Source: an uncultured Oscillospiraceae bacterium
Lineage (GTDB): Bacteria; Bacillota; Clostridia; Oscillospirales; Oscillospiraceae
Direction: 5' to 3'
Length of the DNA: 64,000 bases
Assembly: GCA_910589155.1 (NCBI GenBank)
Contig: CAJURY010000004.1
Span: 29,157-93,156 of the forward strand
The translations under genes and the position numbers were made by a program. This document shows positions 18,355-30,353 of this stretch, in pieces (position 1 is the stretch's first letter; every line of letters begins with the position of its first letter). The notes beneath the pieces were generated by a model. It did not search any database and had not been told where the DNA came from. It saw only the letters and a program-made list of their open reading frames with translations.

Positions 18355-19668
18355 ATGTACTCATCCGCTTATGTATGGGCAAAAGTCCTGGCCCATATGG
18401 AAAACCGGCTGGGCGCGCCAGTTGTATCGGCCTGGTTTGACAATGCCGACGTCATTGCACTTAACGAGGAACAGCTTATTTTGCATACCGCCTCCCCTTT
18501 CTGCAAGGAAATCATTCAGCGTCGGTGCACGGAATACATCAAAGACGCCATGAAGGAGATTTTTAACTCCGACGTGGAGCTTGTGGTGCTGGGCGACGAG
18601 GAGCTGGAGCAATACAATTCCCGTGGCAAGGAATCCACTACCATGGATTTTAACCCCCAGTTTACCTTCGATTCCTTCGTAGTCGGCTCCAGTAACCGCT
18701 TTGCCCATGGGGCGGCGGTGGCGGTGGCCAAAAATCCGGGGCAATCCTACAATCCCCTTTTTATTTACGGTCCGCCCGGTATTGGCAAAACCCATTTGCT
18801 TTACGCCATCGCCAATGAAATTCGCCGGCAGCATCCCCTTTTTAAAATCGTATATATCAAAGGCGACCAGTTTACCAATGAAATGATCGCCGCCATTCAA
18901 AGCGGCAAAAACGTGGAATTTCGCAGCAAATACCGGGAAGCCGACTTGTTTCTCATTGATGATATTCAGTTCATTGCCGGTAAGGAAGGCACCCAGGAGG
19001 AGTTTTTCCATACCTTCAATAATTTATATGAAGCCCATAAGCAGATTGTCATGACCTCCGACCGGAAGCCCAGCGATATGCAGACATTGCAGGATCGTTT
19101 GAAAACCCGGTTTGAATGGGGCTTACTCGCGGACATTCAGCCCCCGGACTATGAAACCCGTATGGCGATTCTCAAAAACAAGGCCGTCTCCATGGGGCTG
19201 GATTTGCCCGACGACGTGTGCAACTACATCGCCAACAACATCACCAACAACGTGCGGCAGATTGAAGGTACCGTGAAAAAAATTCAGGCCTACCGGGACT
19301 TAAACAGTATGCCTCTGGATTTAGACCACATTTCCCGCGCCATCGACGACATGTTCAAGGCCGAAGGGAACGCTTTGCCCACGCCCGCTCTCATTATCAG
19401 CCAGGTGAGCAAATTTTATTCCATTGACGAAGCCGTAATTCGCGGCGTTTTGCGCAACCGCGGCGCGGCGGAAGCAAGGCAGGTGGCGATGTATCTCATC
19501 CGCCAGCTTACCAATATGTCGCTGCCGGACATTGGAAAGGAATTTGGAAGGGATCATACCACGGTGCTCCATTCCATCCGCAAAATCGAGCTTTCCCTCA
19601 AGGACAAAGGCTCCAATTTGCAGGATAATATCCGGGATATTACCGCCAATATCAACTCCTGCCTGTAG
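18355..19668 (+). CDS. dnaA: Chromosomal replication initiator DnaA
   Basis: MYSSAYVWAKVL...; Walker A GPPGIGKTHL; DDIQF; C-terminal DNA-binding HTTVLHSIRKI. Confidence 0.98.
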   Translation: MYSSAYVWAKVLAHMENRLGAPVVSAWFDNADVIALNEEQLILHTASPFCKEIIQRRCTEYIKDAMKEIFNSDVELVVLGDEELEQYNSRGKESTTMDFNPQFTFDSFVVGSSNRFAHGAAVAVAKNPGQSYNPLFIYGPPGIGKTHLLYAIANEIRRQHPLFKIVYIKGDQFTNEMIAAIQSGKNVEFRSKYREADLFLIDDIQFIAGKEGTQEEFFHTFNNLYEAHKQIVMTSDRKPSDMQTLQDRLKTRFEWGLLADIQPPDYETRMAILKNKAVSMGLDLPDDVCNYIANNITNNVRQIEGTVKKIQAYRDLNSMPLDLDHISRAIDDMFKAEGNALPTPALIISQVSKFYSIDEAVIRGVLRNRGAAEARQVAMYLIRQLTNMSLPDIGKEFGRDHTTVLHSIRKIELSLKDKGSNLQDNIRDITANINSCL

Positions 19669-19699
19669 CGGGCAGCGCTCCTATGACACGGCAGGAAGT

Positions 19700-19801
19700 T
19701 ACCGCGCAAAATAGGCGGCAGTTCTTGTCGAGTGACCCCCAAGGGTGTGTCAAGTCAGCAACCGCGCTCATAACGCATCGTCAGCGGACACCGTCCGCCG
19801 C
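19700..19801. repeat. Single B-unit repeat between the dnaA stop and the DnaA-box cluster
   Basis: GTCGAGTGACCCCCAAGGGTGTGTCAAGTCAGC...CAGCGGACACCGTCCGCC, the same family as 7943-8345. Confidence 0.8.
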
Positions 19802-19818
19802 TTTTTTGGCGCAAAAAT

Positions 19819-19973
19819 TTTTCCACAGGGGATGTGGAATGTGCAGAAACGCGCTGTGGAAAAAATTGCACAAATTTTTGAAAAATTTCGCCTGTGTACA
19901 AGCTGTGCTGAAATTCCACAGGGGTTGTGGACAAAAAACAACGGGATTGCGTGGCTTCTGCTTGTTTTCCACA
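19819..19973. promoter_or_regulatory. oriC DnaA-box cluster (six boxes)
   Basis: TTTTCCACA 19819-19827, TGTGGAATG 19833-19841, TGTGGAAAA 19855-19863, AATTCCACA 19912-19920, TGTGGACAA 19926-19934, TTTTCCACA 19965-19973. Each is 1-2 mismatches from TTATCCACA. An AT-rich stretch follows at ~20000-20050. Confidence 0.75.
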
Positions 19974-20059
19974 TAAGTTTTCCCTACTCCTGCAAAAACT
20001 AACAAATTCCTTTCTGTTTATACTATCATCTATATTTTTACAAGAAAGAAGGTTGCCGT

Positions 20060-21172
20060 ATGCGTTTTACCTGTGAAAAAAGCGAACTGGTTTACGCCAT
20101 CAGTATTGCCAGCCGAACCGTCTCCCAAAAAAGCACTCTGCAAGTGCTGGAAGGCATCTTATGCAAAGCCGGTCACGGTTTATACCTTTCCGGCTACAAT
20201 CTGGAAACTGGCATTACCGTCCATGTAGAGGCCGACGTGGTGGAAAGCGGTTCTTGCATCTTCCCTGCCCGGCTATTTTTCGACATCGTGCGTCGTTTGC
20301 CGGAAGGACAGGTGACGATTGTGGTAGATGAAAATTATAAGGTTTCCATCCGGGCAAGCTACGCCTCCTTTACCATTTCCGCCTCCGACCCGGAGGATTA
20401 CCCGGAGCTGCCCGACGTGGAGAGCAACAAGGGCGTGCATATCCCTCAGTGCAAGCTGCGGGAACTGATCTCCGGCACCTTATTCGCCGTGTCGGAAAAT
20501 CAGGGGCGACCCATTCACACGGGTTGTCTTTTTGAAGTAGAGGACGACGGCATTACCGTGGTGGCGGTAGACGGCTACCGTCTGGCTCGCCGTACCTGGC
20601 GCCCCGAAGAGCCCACAGGCAGAACCATGAAATTTGTGGTTCCCTCCCCTGCCTTGAAGGAAGTGGAAAAAATTCTGGCGGATACCCAGGAGGACGCTGT
20701 GTTTACCCTAGGCCCCAAGCATATTTTGTTCGAGGTAGGCGACGCGACTCTGGTCTGCCGCCTGCTGGAGGGCGAATTTTTAAACTGGCGGCAGGTGGTG
20801 CCCACAAACAGCCCCATAAAGCTTGTGGCAAAGGTGAGTCAGCTTGCGGCTTCCTTTGAGCGGGTGGGTCTTATCGTGTCGGAAAAGGTGAAAAGCCCGG
20901 TGCGCTGCACCTTTGGAGAAAACGAAGCCCACTTCCTCACCAATACCACCATCGGCAACGCGGAGGATCGCTGCTGTGTGGCGGGCAATGGCCAGGGACT
21001 GGAAATCGGCTTTAACTGCCGTTATATTCTAGACGCTTTGCGGGCGGTGCCCAATGAGGAGGTATGTCTGGAAATGCGGGACGGCCTCAGCCCCCTCGTC
21101 TTTACCCCTGTGGACGAAAAGGAAGATTACGCTTATATGGTATTGCCGGTGCGTCTGAAAGCCGGTTCATAA
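20060..21172 (+). CDS. dnaN: DNA polymerase III beta sliding clamp
   Basis: MRFTCEKSELVYAISIASRTVSQKSTLQVLEGIL...; 370 aa, in the canonical position after dnaA. Confidence 0.95.
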   Translation: MRFTCEKSELVYAISIASRTVSQKSTLQVLEGILCKAGHGLYLSGYNLETGITVHVEADVVESGSCIFPARLFFDIVRRLPEGQVTIVVDENYKVSIRASYASFTISASDPEDYPELPDVESNKGVHIPQCKLRELISGTLFAVSENQGRPIHTGCLFEVEDDGITVVAVDGYRLARRTWRPEEPTGRTMKFVVPSPALKEVEKILADTQEDAVFTLGPKHILFEVGDATLVCRLLEGEFLNWRQVVPTNSPIKLVAKVSQLAASFERVGLIVSEKVKSPVRCTFGENEAHFLTNTTIGNAEDRCCVAGNGQGLEIGFNCRYILDALRAVPNEEVCLEMRDGLSPLVFTPVDEKEDYAYMVLPVRLKAGS

Positions 21173-21187
21173 AAAGGAAGTTTTTCT

Positions 21188-21439
21188 ATGAAAGTAATCG
21201 TGAAACGCAAACGTCAAAATGCCGAAACCCCGGTGGTCATTCACACGGAGTTTATCAAGCTGGAAGCCGCCATGAAGCTGTGCGACGCGGTTCCCTCCGG
21301 GGGAATGGGAAAAAATCTCATTCAGGACGGGGAAATTACCGTCAACGGCGAAACCTGCACCATGCGGGGCAAAAAGCTCCGTCCGGGGGATAAGTTTTCC
21401 TGCCTTGGGGCGGATTATGTAATTTGCAATGAGAATTGA
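21188..21439 (+). CDS. yaaA: S4-domain RNA-binding protein YaaA-like
   Basis: 83 aa, ...GGMGKNLIQDGEITVNGETCTMRGKKLRPGD..., between dnaN and recF as in other Firmicutes. Confidence 0.8.
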   Translation: MKVIVKRKRQNAETPVVIHTEFIKLEAAMKLCDAVPSGGMGKNLIQDGEITVNGETCTMRGKKLRPGDKFSCLGADYVICNEN

Positions 21440-22556
21440 CCGGCTGGAGCTGGAAGGCTTTCGGAATTATGAAAATCTGGCGGTGGACTTCGACCCCGGA
21501 GTGAACCTCATCGTAGGAGACAACGCACAGGGAAAAACCAACCTGCTGGAAGCCATTACCTATCTTTCCATGGGGCGCTCCTTCCGCACCCGAAAAGAGC
21601 AGGAGCTGATTCGCTTTGGGGCGGACTTTGCCCAGCTTCAAGGATGCATCACAGGAAGCGTCCGGGAGCAGACGATAAAAGCCACGCTGTTTGCAAGTCG
21701 GCGACCCAGGCAACTATTTTTGAACGGGTTGAAGAAAAAAACCGCGGGGGAGCTGAGCGGCGTTTTGACGACAGTTTTGTTTTGCCCGGAAGATCTTCTG
21801 GTTTTAAAAGCCGGCGCCGCCGCCCGGCGGCGGCTCATGGACGGCGCACTGGTGCAGCTTCGCCCCAATTACGACAGCGCGCTGTCCGTCTATGGCAGAT
21901 TGTACGAGCAAAAAAGCAGAATTTTAAAGGAGCGGTTTGAAAATCCCTCTTTGTTGGAGGTATTGCCGGAATATAACGCCCAAATGTGCCAGGTGGGAGC
22001 GCTGCTCATTTCTTACCGCGCCAGATTTTTAAAGGCGTTGGGAGAAGCCGCCACCGCATTTCACCGGGATTTTTCCGGGGGAAAGGAAAGTCTTGCGCTG
22101 GAATACCGGACGGTTTCCAGTGTGACGGACGTATTCGCGCCGGTGCAGGAGCTGCAGGCGCAATTGGCCGGCCACATGGAAAGCCATAAAAGAGCGGAGC
22201 TGGAAGCGGGGCAGTGTCTGTCTGGCCCTCACAAGGATGATTTTGATGTGCTGCTGGACGGGCTGAGCCTGAAAAGCTTCGGCTCTCAGGGGCAGGTGCG
22301 ATCAGCCGCCATCAGTCTGAAATTAGCCCAGCGGGCGCTGTTTTTGAAAGAAACCGGAGAAGAGCCGGCGCTGCTGCTGGACGACGTATTGTCCGAACTG
22401 GACGCCGGGCGGCAGGATTTTATTTTGAATCATATCCGCACCGGGCAGGTGTTCATCACCTGCTGCGAAAAAACGAAGCTTACGGGGCTGGGGCAGATTT
22501 TGCAGATTGAAAAGGGAAGGCTTTTGCATAGCCTCCCGGCGGACAGGCTGCCGTGA
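21429..22556 (+). CDS. recF: DNA replication and repair protein RecF
   Basis: MRIDRLELEGFRNYENL...GDNAQGKTNLLEAI (Walker A)...LLLDDVLSELD. Confidence 0.95.
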   Translation: MRIDRLELEGFRNYENLAVDFDPGVNLIVGDNAQGKTNLLEAITYLSMGRSFRTRKEQELIRFGADFAQLQGCITGSVREQTIKATLFASRRPRQLFLNGLKKKTAGELSGVLTTVLFCPEDLLVLKAGAAARRRLMDGALVQLRPNYDSALSVYGRLYEQKSRILKERFENPSLLEVLPEYNAQMCQVGALLISYRARFLKALGEAATAFHRDFSGGKESLALEYRTVSSVTDVFAPVQELQAQLAGHMESHKRAELEAGQCLSGPHKDDFDVLLDGLSLKSFGSQGQVRSAAISLKLAQRALFLKETGEEPALLLDDVLSELDAGRQDFILNHIRTGQVFITCCEKTKLTGLGQILQIEKGRLLHSLPADRLP

Positions 22557-22639
22557 CGCGCTACAAGCGGTTGTATTTATTTGACACGCTGTGGCGCGGG
22601 AGCGCCAAAGCCTCCCTTGTGTAAAGGGAGGTGGCACGG

Positions 22640-22860
22640 CGCAGCCGTGACGGAGGGATTGTCGTGCAAACGAAGTATAATAAGCAGTTTGCGCCGGAAA
22701 CTTGCCGGGCTGCGCCGGGCGCACACATCGGTGCGCCCCTACGGCATAGCAGGAAAATGCCGCGCAAATTGAGACGGCAGCCGCTGTCGAGCGACCCCCA
22801 AGGGTGTGCCAAATCTGCAGCGGGGTTCGTGACGCATTGCCAGTGGGCGCTGCCCGCCTC
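22640..22860. repeat. Repeat mosaic (truncated C element, inverted REP, one B unit) between recF and gyrB
   Basis: REP (rc) at 22717-22742. B unit ~22765-22858 (GTCGAGCGACCCCCAAGGGTGTGCCAAATCTGCAG...GCCAGTGGGCGCTGCCCGC). Confidence 0.8.
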
Positions 22861-22982
22861 TATGGCATATGTTTGGATTGTCCGCTGATATGCAATGTTT
22901 CTTCTGTTTTTTATTATGATTGAAAATAAGCCAAATATTTGGCTTTTCAAATAAATTTTCGCATTTTCTCAAATTTCTTTGA

Positions 22983-24932
<1,950 letters not shown>

Positions 24933-24958
24933 TTGTTTTAAGCATGAAATGCAGTGAA

Positions 24959-24990
24959 CTGTAGGGCGGGGTCATGACCCCGCCGGGCAC
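24959..24990. repeat. Left flanking REP-like hairpin of the RayT remnant
   Basis: CTGTAGGGCGGGGTCATGACCCCGCCGGGCAC. GTAG is followed by the GGCGGGGTCATGACCCCGCC palindrome. Confidence 0.8.
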
Positions 24991-25026
24991 TGATTCATGC
25001 AGCATCCATCGCTTTTTTATTTATAT

Positions 25027-25330
25027 GAAAGATGAGTTTGAGCGCCTGTTCTATCCCAAAAGAAAAAATCCCCGGCTGAAAAATGGATTGTTATGCCAAG
25101 TCACATTCATATGATTCTTGTACTGCAAGAACAAGCTGCTCCTTTGCCTGCTTTAGTCGGTCAATATAAATCCTATGTTACAAGAAAAATTCATGAAATG
25201 TATCCCATTTTGAATGTTTGGCAAAGGCATTTCATGAGCATGTAATACGAAATCAGGCAGGTTATGAAAAAAATTTGGAATTACATTGATGAAAATCCCA
25301 TGAAGTGGAGGACGATTGCTTTTTCATTAG
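25027..25330 (+). pseudogene. Frameshifted, N-terminally truncated IS200/IS605-type HUH (Y1) transposase, RayT-like
   Basis: One frame gives WIVMPSHIHMILVLQEQAAPLPALVGQYKSYVTRKIHEMYPILNVWQR (HUH = HIH at 25102-25110). Other frames give FHEHVIRNQAGYEK and KIWNYIDENPMKW (catalytic-Tyr motif YIxxNP). At least three frame changes, AT-rich. Not in the ORF track. Confidence 0.7.
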
Positions 25331-25425
25331 GGAATAGCGTTATAAATGCAGAAATGCTGTCAATATAAAATGAAAGGCAAAGTTATTTTGCAGAAGCGTA
25401 TTTGCCATCATAATTGAATTTTTAA

Positions 25426-25457
25426 CTGCCCGGCGGAGTCATGACTTCGCCCTACAG
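25426..25457. repeat. Right flanking REP-like hairpin (inverted copy of 24959-24990)
   Basis: CTGCCCGGCGGAGTCATGACTTCGCCCTACAG is the reverse complement of the left repeat with 3 substitutions. Two of them sit at paired stem positions but do not restore pairing. Confidence 0.8.
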
Positions 25458-25567
25458 CGCGTCATGATAGCTGCACCTGAATTTTATAGCATAAAAATGT
25501 AACGTGTATACAAGCGTATGATTGCAGGATCTCAGGAGAGCGGCACCACAAAAAGGAGGCGTTTTTA

Positions 25568-28087
25568 TTGGCGCAGCACAAAAAAGACTACAAGCCGGAG
25601 GACATTATGTACCCCGATCAGTCCATTGTGACCTCCGAGCTTGTCCATGAAATGAAAAACAGCTACATCGAGTACGCCATGTCCGTTATTGTCGGCCGTG
25701 CGCTGCCCGACGTGCGGGACGGCCTGAAGCCGGTACACCGGCGGATCTTGTACGCGATGTATGAGGATAATCTTACTTCCGACCGCCCCTTCCGCAAGTC
25801 CGCCACCTGCGTGGGCGACGTTTTGGGTCGGTATCATCCCCATGGCGACGGTTCCGTATACGACGCCCTGGTGCGCTTGGCGCAGGATTTTTCCATGCGC
25901 TATATGCTGGTGGATGGTCACGGCAACTTCGGTTCCGTAGACGGCGACCCCCCGGCGGCTTACCGTTATACGGAAGCCAGAATGTCCAAAATTTCCAATG
26001 AAATGCTCCGGGACATTGAAAAGGATACGGTAAACTGGGATCCCAACTTTGACGAGACCCGGAAAGAGCCGCGGGTTTTGCCCAGCCGCTTCCCCAATCT
26101 GTTGGTAAACGGTTCTTCCGGCATCGCCGTGGGTATGGCCACCAACATCCCGCCCCACAATTTAACGGAGGTCATCAACGCCTGTATCTGCGTGCTGGAC
26201 GACCCGGAAGCGACCCTGGCCGACCTCATGGAGCACGTCACAGGCCCTGATTTTCCCACCAAGGGCATCATTTTGGGCAGAGCGGGTATCCGCGCCGCCT
26301 ACGCCACGGGCAAAGGCCGCTTAACCCTTCGGGCAAGGACGCATTTTGAAGAATTTGGCCAAAACCGCACGAGAATTATTGTGACGGAAATCCCCTATCA
26401 GGTCAACAAGCGGATGCTCATCAAAAATATGGCCGATCAGGTGAACGATAAGCGTCTGGACGGCATTTCCGACATTCGGGACGAATCCGACCGGAACGGT
26501 ATGCGCATTGTCATTGAGCTAAAAAGGGAAGCCAACGCCCAGGTGGTTTTAAACCGGCTGTTTGCTCAGACCCAACTGCAAACGACCTTCGCCATCAATA
26601 TGCTGGCGCTGGTGAAAAATCAGTCTCAGCCCAAGGTTTTATCCCTACGGGAAATTCTGGACGAATATCTGGCCTTCCAGGAGGAGGTCATCATCCGGCG
26701 CACCCGGTTCGACCTGAAAAAAGCCCAGGATCGCGCCCATTTGCTGGAGGGTCTGCTCATTGCCCAGGACAATATCGATGAAGTGATTCGGATTATCCGT
26801 ACCTCCTATGATAACGCCAAGGATAATCTGATGGAAAAGTTCGGACTTTCCGACGTGCAGGCTCAGGCAATTTTGGATATGCAGCTCAAGCGTCTGCAAG
26901 GTCTGGAACGGGACAAGCTTCTGGCCGAGTACAAGGAGCTGGAAGAGCGGATCGCCTACTACCAGCAGGTTTTGGGAGACATTAATCTGGTAAAATCCAT
27001 TTTGAAGGATGAGCTGATCGCCATCCGGGACAAGTTTGGCGACGGCCGCCTGACGGAAATCCAGGATGTGGAGGACGAAATCGATATTGAGGATCTCATC
27101 GAGGAGGAGGACTGCTGCTTTACCCTGTCCAACTGCGGTTACATGAAGCGGATGCCCGTGGACACCTACCGCACCCAGGGCAGAGGCGGCCGGGGCGTCA
27201 ACGCCCAGAACCTCAAGGATGAGGATTTTGTCAAGAATATTACCATAGCGTCCACCCACGACCATATGCTGTTTTTCACCGATTTGGGACGGGTACACCA
27301 CCGCAAGGGCTATCAGATTCCCGAAGCCGGGCGCACCGCCAGAGGCACGGCCATTGTCAACGTGCTGCCCTTGGAGCCGGGAGAAGCCGTTACCGCCATG
27401 GTTGTGACCCATGATTTCCATGAGGACGAATATTTGGTCATGGTGACAAGAAACGGAACGGTGAAGCGCATCGCCTTTACAACCATCGCCACCAACCGAA
27501 AAACCGGGATACGGGCGCTGACATTGGAGGAGGACGACCACCTGATTTCTGTGATGCGCACCAACGGCAACGACAATATCGTGATTGCCACCGCCGGGGG
27601 GATGGCGATTTGCTTCAACGAGCAGGATGTGCGACCCATGGGGCGGGAGGCCGCCGGCGTACGGGGCATTTCCCTCAGCGACGGAGACTATGTCATCGGC
27701 GCGGAAAAGGCGGAGGAGGGCAAGACCTTGCTCACCGTCACGGAAAACGGCTACGGCAAGCGCACGGAGCTTTCCGAGTATCTGCGCCTTGGGCCAAACG
27801 GCGAGCGAATCGCCCAGGGTCGCGGCGGCAAGGGTCTCAAAAACTATAATATTACGGCGAAAACCGGCAATGTGGCCGGCTGCCGTGTGGTAGATGAAAC
27901 CGACGATGTAATTCTCATCGAGTCCGGCGGCGTGATTATCCGCATTCCTGCTGCCAGCATCAACGTGTACAAGCGGGACACCCAAGGCGTTATCGTCATG
28001 CGGGTGGAGGAAGGCAACCGGGTCATCGGCGTGGAGCGCATCACCCCGGAAGTGGAAAGTGAAGAACAGGCCGAAGAAGGCGTCTAA
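25568..28087 (+). CDS. gyrA: DNA gyrase subunit A
   Basis: TTG start 8 nt after AGGAGG. ...[30 protein letters not shown]...[17 protein letters not shown]... Confidence 0.98.
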   Translation: MAQHKKDYKPEDIMYPDQSIVTSELVHEMKNSYIEYAMSVIVGRALPDVRDGLKPVHRRILYAMYEDNLTSDRPFRKSATCVGDVLGRYHPHGDGSVYDALVRLAQDFSMRYMLVDGHGNFGSVDGDPPAAYRYTEARMSKISNEMLRDIEKDTVNWDPNFDETRKEPRVLPSRFPNLLVNGSSGIAVGMATNIPPHNLTEVINACICVLDDPEATLADLMEHVTGPDFPTKGIILGRAGIRAAYATGKGRLTLRARTHFEEFGQNRTRIIVTEIPYQVNKRMLIKNMADQVNDKRLDGISDIRDESDRNGMRIVIELKREANAQVVLNRLFAQTQLQTTFAINMLALVKNQSQPKVLSLREILDEYLAFQEEVIIRRTRFDLKKAQDRAHLLEGLLIAQDNIDEVIRIIRTSYDNAKDNLMEKFGLSDVQAQAILDMQLKRLQGLERDKLLAEYKELEERIAYYQQVLGDINLVKSILKDELIAIRDKFGDGRLTEIQDVEDEIDIEDLIEEEDCCFTLSNCGYMKRMPVDTYRTQGRGGRGVNAQNLKDEDFVKNITIASTHDHMLFFTDLGRVHHRKGYQIPEAGRTARGTAIVNVLPLEPGEAVTAMVVTHDFHEDEYLVMVTRNGTVKRIAFTTIATNRKTGIRALTLEEDDHLISVMRTNGNDNIVIATAGGMAICFNEQDVRPMGREAAGVRGISLSDGDYVIGAEKAEEGKTLLTVTENGYGKRTELSEYLRLGPNGERIAQGRGGKGLKNYNITAKTGNVAGCRVVDETDDVILIESGGVIIRIPAASINVYKRDTQGVIVMRVEEGNRVIGVERITPEVESEEQAEEGV

Positions 28088-28093
28088 AGGTTC

Positions 28094-28131
28094 AAACAGG
28101 AAAGCCAGAATTCTGGCTTTCCTGTTTTTTT
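28094..28131 (+). terminator. Rho-independent terminator of gyrA
   Basis: AAACAGGAAAGCCAGAA/TTCTGGCTTTCCTGTTT followed by a T-run. Confidence 0.85.
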
Positions 28132-28285
28132 ATATGAACTGGGGCGCAGTTTCAAGAATGCGTCATATGCCTGCAAAATTTGAAACATATTCCAATTCTT
28201 TGCAAGAACCAATTTTCGCCGCAAGGGCGCAACTGCGTGTTCGCCTGTTTCCACCCGGCTTTCGGCGCAAGCCCAATAAAAGATC

Positions 28286-28413
28286 GTAGTATGTGTGCGC
28301 CCGTTTCCAACTTTTCGTGAGAACGCTGTCATTGCGCGAAAGCATAGTCAACGCGGCAATCTCTCGAATCTGTCATTGCCTCCCAACGGGCGAACACACA
28401 GGTTCGCCCCTAC
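28286..28413. repeat. Short (~130 bp) C-type element with REP ends
   Basis: Truncated GTAG end at 28286-28302. Internal ...GAGAACGCTGTCATTGCG.... Inverted REP at 28388-28413 (GGGCGAAC/GTTCGCCC stem). Confidence 0.75.
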
Positions 28414-28667
28414 GGCAACGACTGCTACCATGGCAGCGCCTTTGCGTCGTATATGCAACTGCGACGCAAAATAGGACAAGAGCACTGTGAGAAAAGAAGG
28501 AGATTGATCCCCGCACCAGGCCAGTTGCCCGCAGCAGTGCAACAAACGCCCTTTTTTTCGCAAGAATTGAGAAGGAAGGTTTATCCAATGGAGCCTTCCA
28601 CAAACAGTTGAAAAAATTGCCGTTGCCTTTCGTCTTGGCAATGGCCGCGAAAAAGGGAGGAAACAGC

Positions 28668-30353
28668 TTGAAAACAACACAGAAAATCAGCATGGATTTG
28701 ATTCGGCGGGATTTTATGCCCCGGGTTACAGTCAAGCAGGGGGATACGAATTCCAGACAGGTGGAGCTGGCGCTTTTTGAAGGGGGCGTAGCCTGGGTGA
28801 TCCCGGCAGAAGCAATGGTCATTGTCCGCTACCGAAAGGCCGACGGCACTGCCGGACTGTACGATACTTTGCCGGACGGTACCGCGGCGGCGTCCGCGTC
28901 GGAAAACGTACTGACGATCAACCTTGCGCCGCAAATGCTCACGTATGCGGGTACGGTCTGCGCAGACGTAGTACTGGTACAGGAGGATAAGCGGCTTGCC
29001 ACGTTTAATTTTATCATCCATGTGGAAATCGCGCCCACCAGCGGGGCGGCTCTGGAATCTCAGGACTATTACAAGGTCGTCACATTGGATCAGATCAACG
29101 CCGCTTTGGCCGAACGGGTGAAAACCGTCAATTACATCGGGCCGGACGAAAACGGCAATGTAAACGTGGACGCGGTGCCGGTTTCCGGGGGTACGTTTAC
29201 GGGACCTGTGTACATTGGCCAAAACGGCGCGCTGTATTTGAACGGACCCAACGGCATGAAGGTGCAGCTCAAAGGAGAACAGACAGCGCAGGGGGATATG
29301 GCGGTGCGGCTTGTGCAGAATCCGAGCCGCAAGGACGCGTGCCTTCGGGGGATCGCGGAACCAAGGCAAGAGAACGACGCGGCAAACAAAGCTTATGTGG
29401 ATGCTGGAGACAAGGTAAAATCGGTGAACGGCCTGATTGGCGCGGTGCGTTTGGGGGCGTTGGACGTGGGGGCGCTGCCCAAGGACGGCGGTCTGGTAGA
29501 AGGCGCGCTGGCCGTGCAGGACTGGCTGGATTTTCCCATAGGTAAGAATCTGGGTGTGCATATCATGGCGGAAACCGGGCAAGACGGCTCCAAAATTCCT
29601 TCGCTGGCATTTTACGGAGATAACAGCGATGAGGCGGTGCGTCTGCGCAATGTGGCGGAGCCAACGGAGGCGGGAGACGCGGTTTCCAAGGGCTATCTGG
29701 AGAGACTACTTTCTAAAATCGGCAATTTTTTGGAGGGCGTACAGATTGGCAGCGGGGATACGGGCTTTGTCATTGTATCGGAGAGTAATGTTCCCACTGC
29801 GCCGGCCATGGCGCTGTATGGACAAAACGGCGACGAGCCAGTACGGATTCAGGGAGTGGCCGCCCCTCAGGGAAATGGGGACGCGGCGAATAAAAAATAT
29901 GTAGACGACGCCGTTGCCGCAGGGCAGGTCAGCGCGGGAGTGGCTGCAATCAACGGGCAAAGCGGCAGGGTTACATTGCCTGTTTCCGGCTTTGGACTGT
30001 GCGAAACCCCGGCGGACACGGTGGTAAAGGAGATCGCCGGGCTGACTTCCGGGTTCGTGGCTACAGACGGCGCAATCCTGGCTGTAAAATTTACACAGGT
30101 AAACAGCGCGTCGATTCCCAAGCTGAAGGTGGGGAATGAAACCGCGCCGATATATCACTGGCGGACCAATTATAATGCAAAACAGGGAGATATGGGAAGC
30201 TGCACCCATCTTTTCCTCTATTATGCCGGGGTTTGGCTGCTTTTGAATCCCCTGAGCGACACGCCGAAAAAGGGTGTGGATTACTGGACGGCGGAGGATG
30301 TGGCGCAGATCAAAAGCTATTTGGAAGAAGCGGTGCTGGGAGGCGCGTGGTAA
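28668..30353 (+). CDS. Phage tail fibre / receptor-binding protein with BppU-like N-terminal domain
   Basis: TTG start 7 nt after GGGAGG. N-terminus ...VTVKQGDTNSRQVELALFEGG...QMLTYAGTVCADVVLV...FNFIIHVEIAP fits the BppU_N pattern. Three collar-like repeats: AEPRQENDAANKAYVD, AEPTEAGDAVSKGYLE, AAPQGNGDAANKKYVD. Confidence 0.7.
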   Translation: MKTTQKISMDLIRRDFMPRVTVKQGDTNSRQVELALFEGGVAWVIPAEAMVIVRYRKADGTAGLYDTLPDGTAAASASENVLTINLAPQMLTYAGTVCADVVLVQEDKRLATFNFIIHVEIAPTSGAALESQDYYKVVTLDQINAALAERVKTVNYIGPDENGNVNVDAVPVSGGTFTGPVYIGQNGALYLNGPNGMKVQLKGEQTAQGDMAVRLVQNPSRKDACLRGIAEPRQENDAANKAYVDAGDKVKSVNGLIGAVRLGALDVGALPKDGGLVEGALAVQDWLDFPIGKNLGVHIMAETGQDGSKIPSLAFYGDNSDEAVRLRNVAEPTEAGDAVSKGYLERLLSKIGNFLEGVQIGSGDTGFVIVSESNVPTAPAMALYGQNGDEPVRIQGVAAPQGNGDAANKKYVDDAVAAGQVSAGVAAINGQSGRVTLPVSGFGLCETPADTVVKEIAGLTSGFVATDGAILAVKFTQVNSASIPKLKVGNETAPIYHWRTNYNAKQGDMGSCTHLFLYYAGVWLLLNPLSDTPKKGVDYWTAEDVAQIKSYLEEAVLGGAW

